Notes under the pieces: generated by a model
What the model was told of the DNA's origin: nothing
The model's database searches: none
What the model saw: the letters and a program-made list of their open reading frames with translations, nothing else
Position numbers and translations under genes: made by a program
Shown: positions 63,743-64,000 of the stretch, in pieces
Layout of the letters: every line of letters begins with the position of its first letter
Position numbering within the stretch: position 1 is the stretch's first letter
From: a bacterium
Lineage (GTDB): Bacteria > UBA8248
Assembly (NCBI GenBank): GCA_965221165.1
Contig: CBDCRP010000002.1
Span: forward strand, 1-64,000
Length of the DNA: 64,000 bases
Direction of reading: 5' to 3'

Positions 63743-64000
63743 GCCTTCGCTTCCCGAACCCTTTGCAGAGGGTGCGAAGATTCTAATATGATGGGCTTTA
63801 AGGAAAAACAATGAGGCTCGCCCTCGCCTCAACGGGCCGCCGAAGCGGCGCATTCCTAAAGGGCCGCCTCAAAATGGCGGGTGTGGGCGGTCGCGGCGCG
63901 CTTGGAAGGATCGCATTTCAAAAGAGCGAGAACCCGGAACCAGAATGCCGGAACTACGAGGATGAACCCGCAAAATTTAACTACCCTGCCGCCTAGCGGT

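Overview
GC-rich bacterial chromosomal window of mostly housekeeping and catabolic genes. It has no integrase, transposase, cas genes, rRNA or prophage. From left to right it holds: an oxalate-oxidoreductase-like 2-oxoacid:ferredoxin oxidoreductase operon with a FadR/GntR regulator; an orphan amino-acid SBP; a repeat-dense intergenic region (GTAG and CGTC REP-like palindromes, inverted and direct repeats, a degenerate 45-bp array); MFS-glnE-amidohydrolase-deacetylase; a His-rich LVIVD propeller operon; ygfZ-like; pckA-tautomerase-nitrilase; a decayed HEPN/MNT toxin-antitoxin pair; tRNA-Gly(GCC); an ArsM-like methyltransferase and a NitT/TauT ABC transporter; an mtaB-DUF62-DsbA-peptidase-MFS-RidA run; coxM-coxS-coxD-coxE without a large subunit; a GlnR-like regulator with glnA; meaB and acyl-CoA genes; a two-gene ART-like cassette; ccsA-hemACDB; pyrD-pyrK; a class II PDE/MBL hydrolase; dehydrogenases; and a ClC antiporter. 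The main observations missing from the ORF track are: (1) a DsbA/FrnE-like selenoprotein with an in-frame UGA in a U-P-W-C motif; (2) an OOR-like enzyme with the YPIRP motif but an apparent active-site Asp-to-Ala change; (3) a candidate ADP-ribosyltransferase-like toxin-antitoxin pair; (4) a structured RNA leader upstream of the cox cluster; (5) an actinobacterial-style GlnR with a GAAAC-N6-GAAAC box in front of a glnA lacking the adenylylation Tyr; and (6) probable non-canonical ATC and CTG starts. All family assignments come from motif recognition by eye, not database searches.
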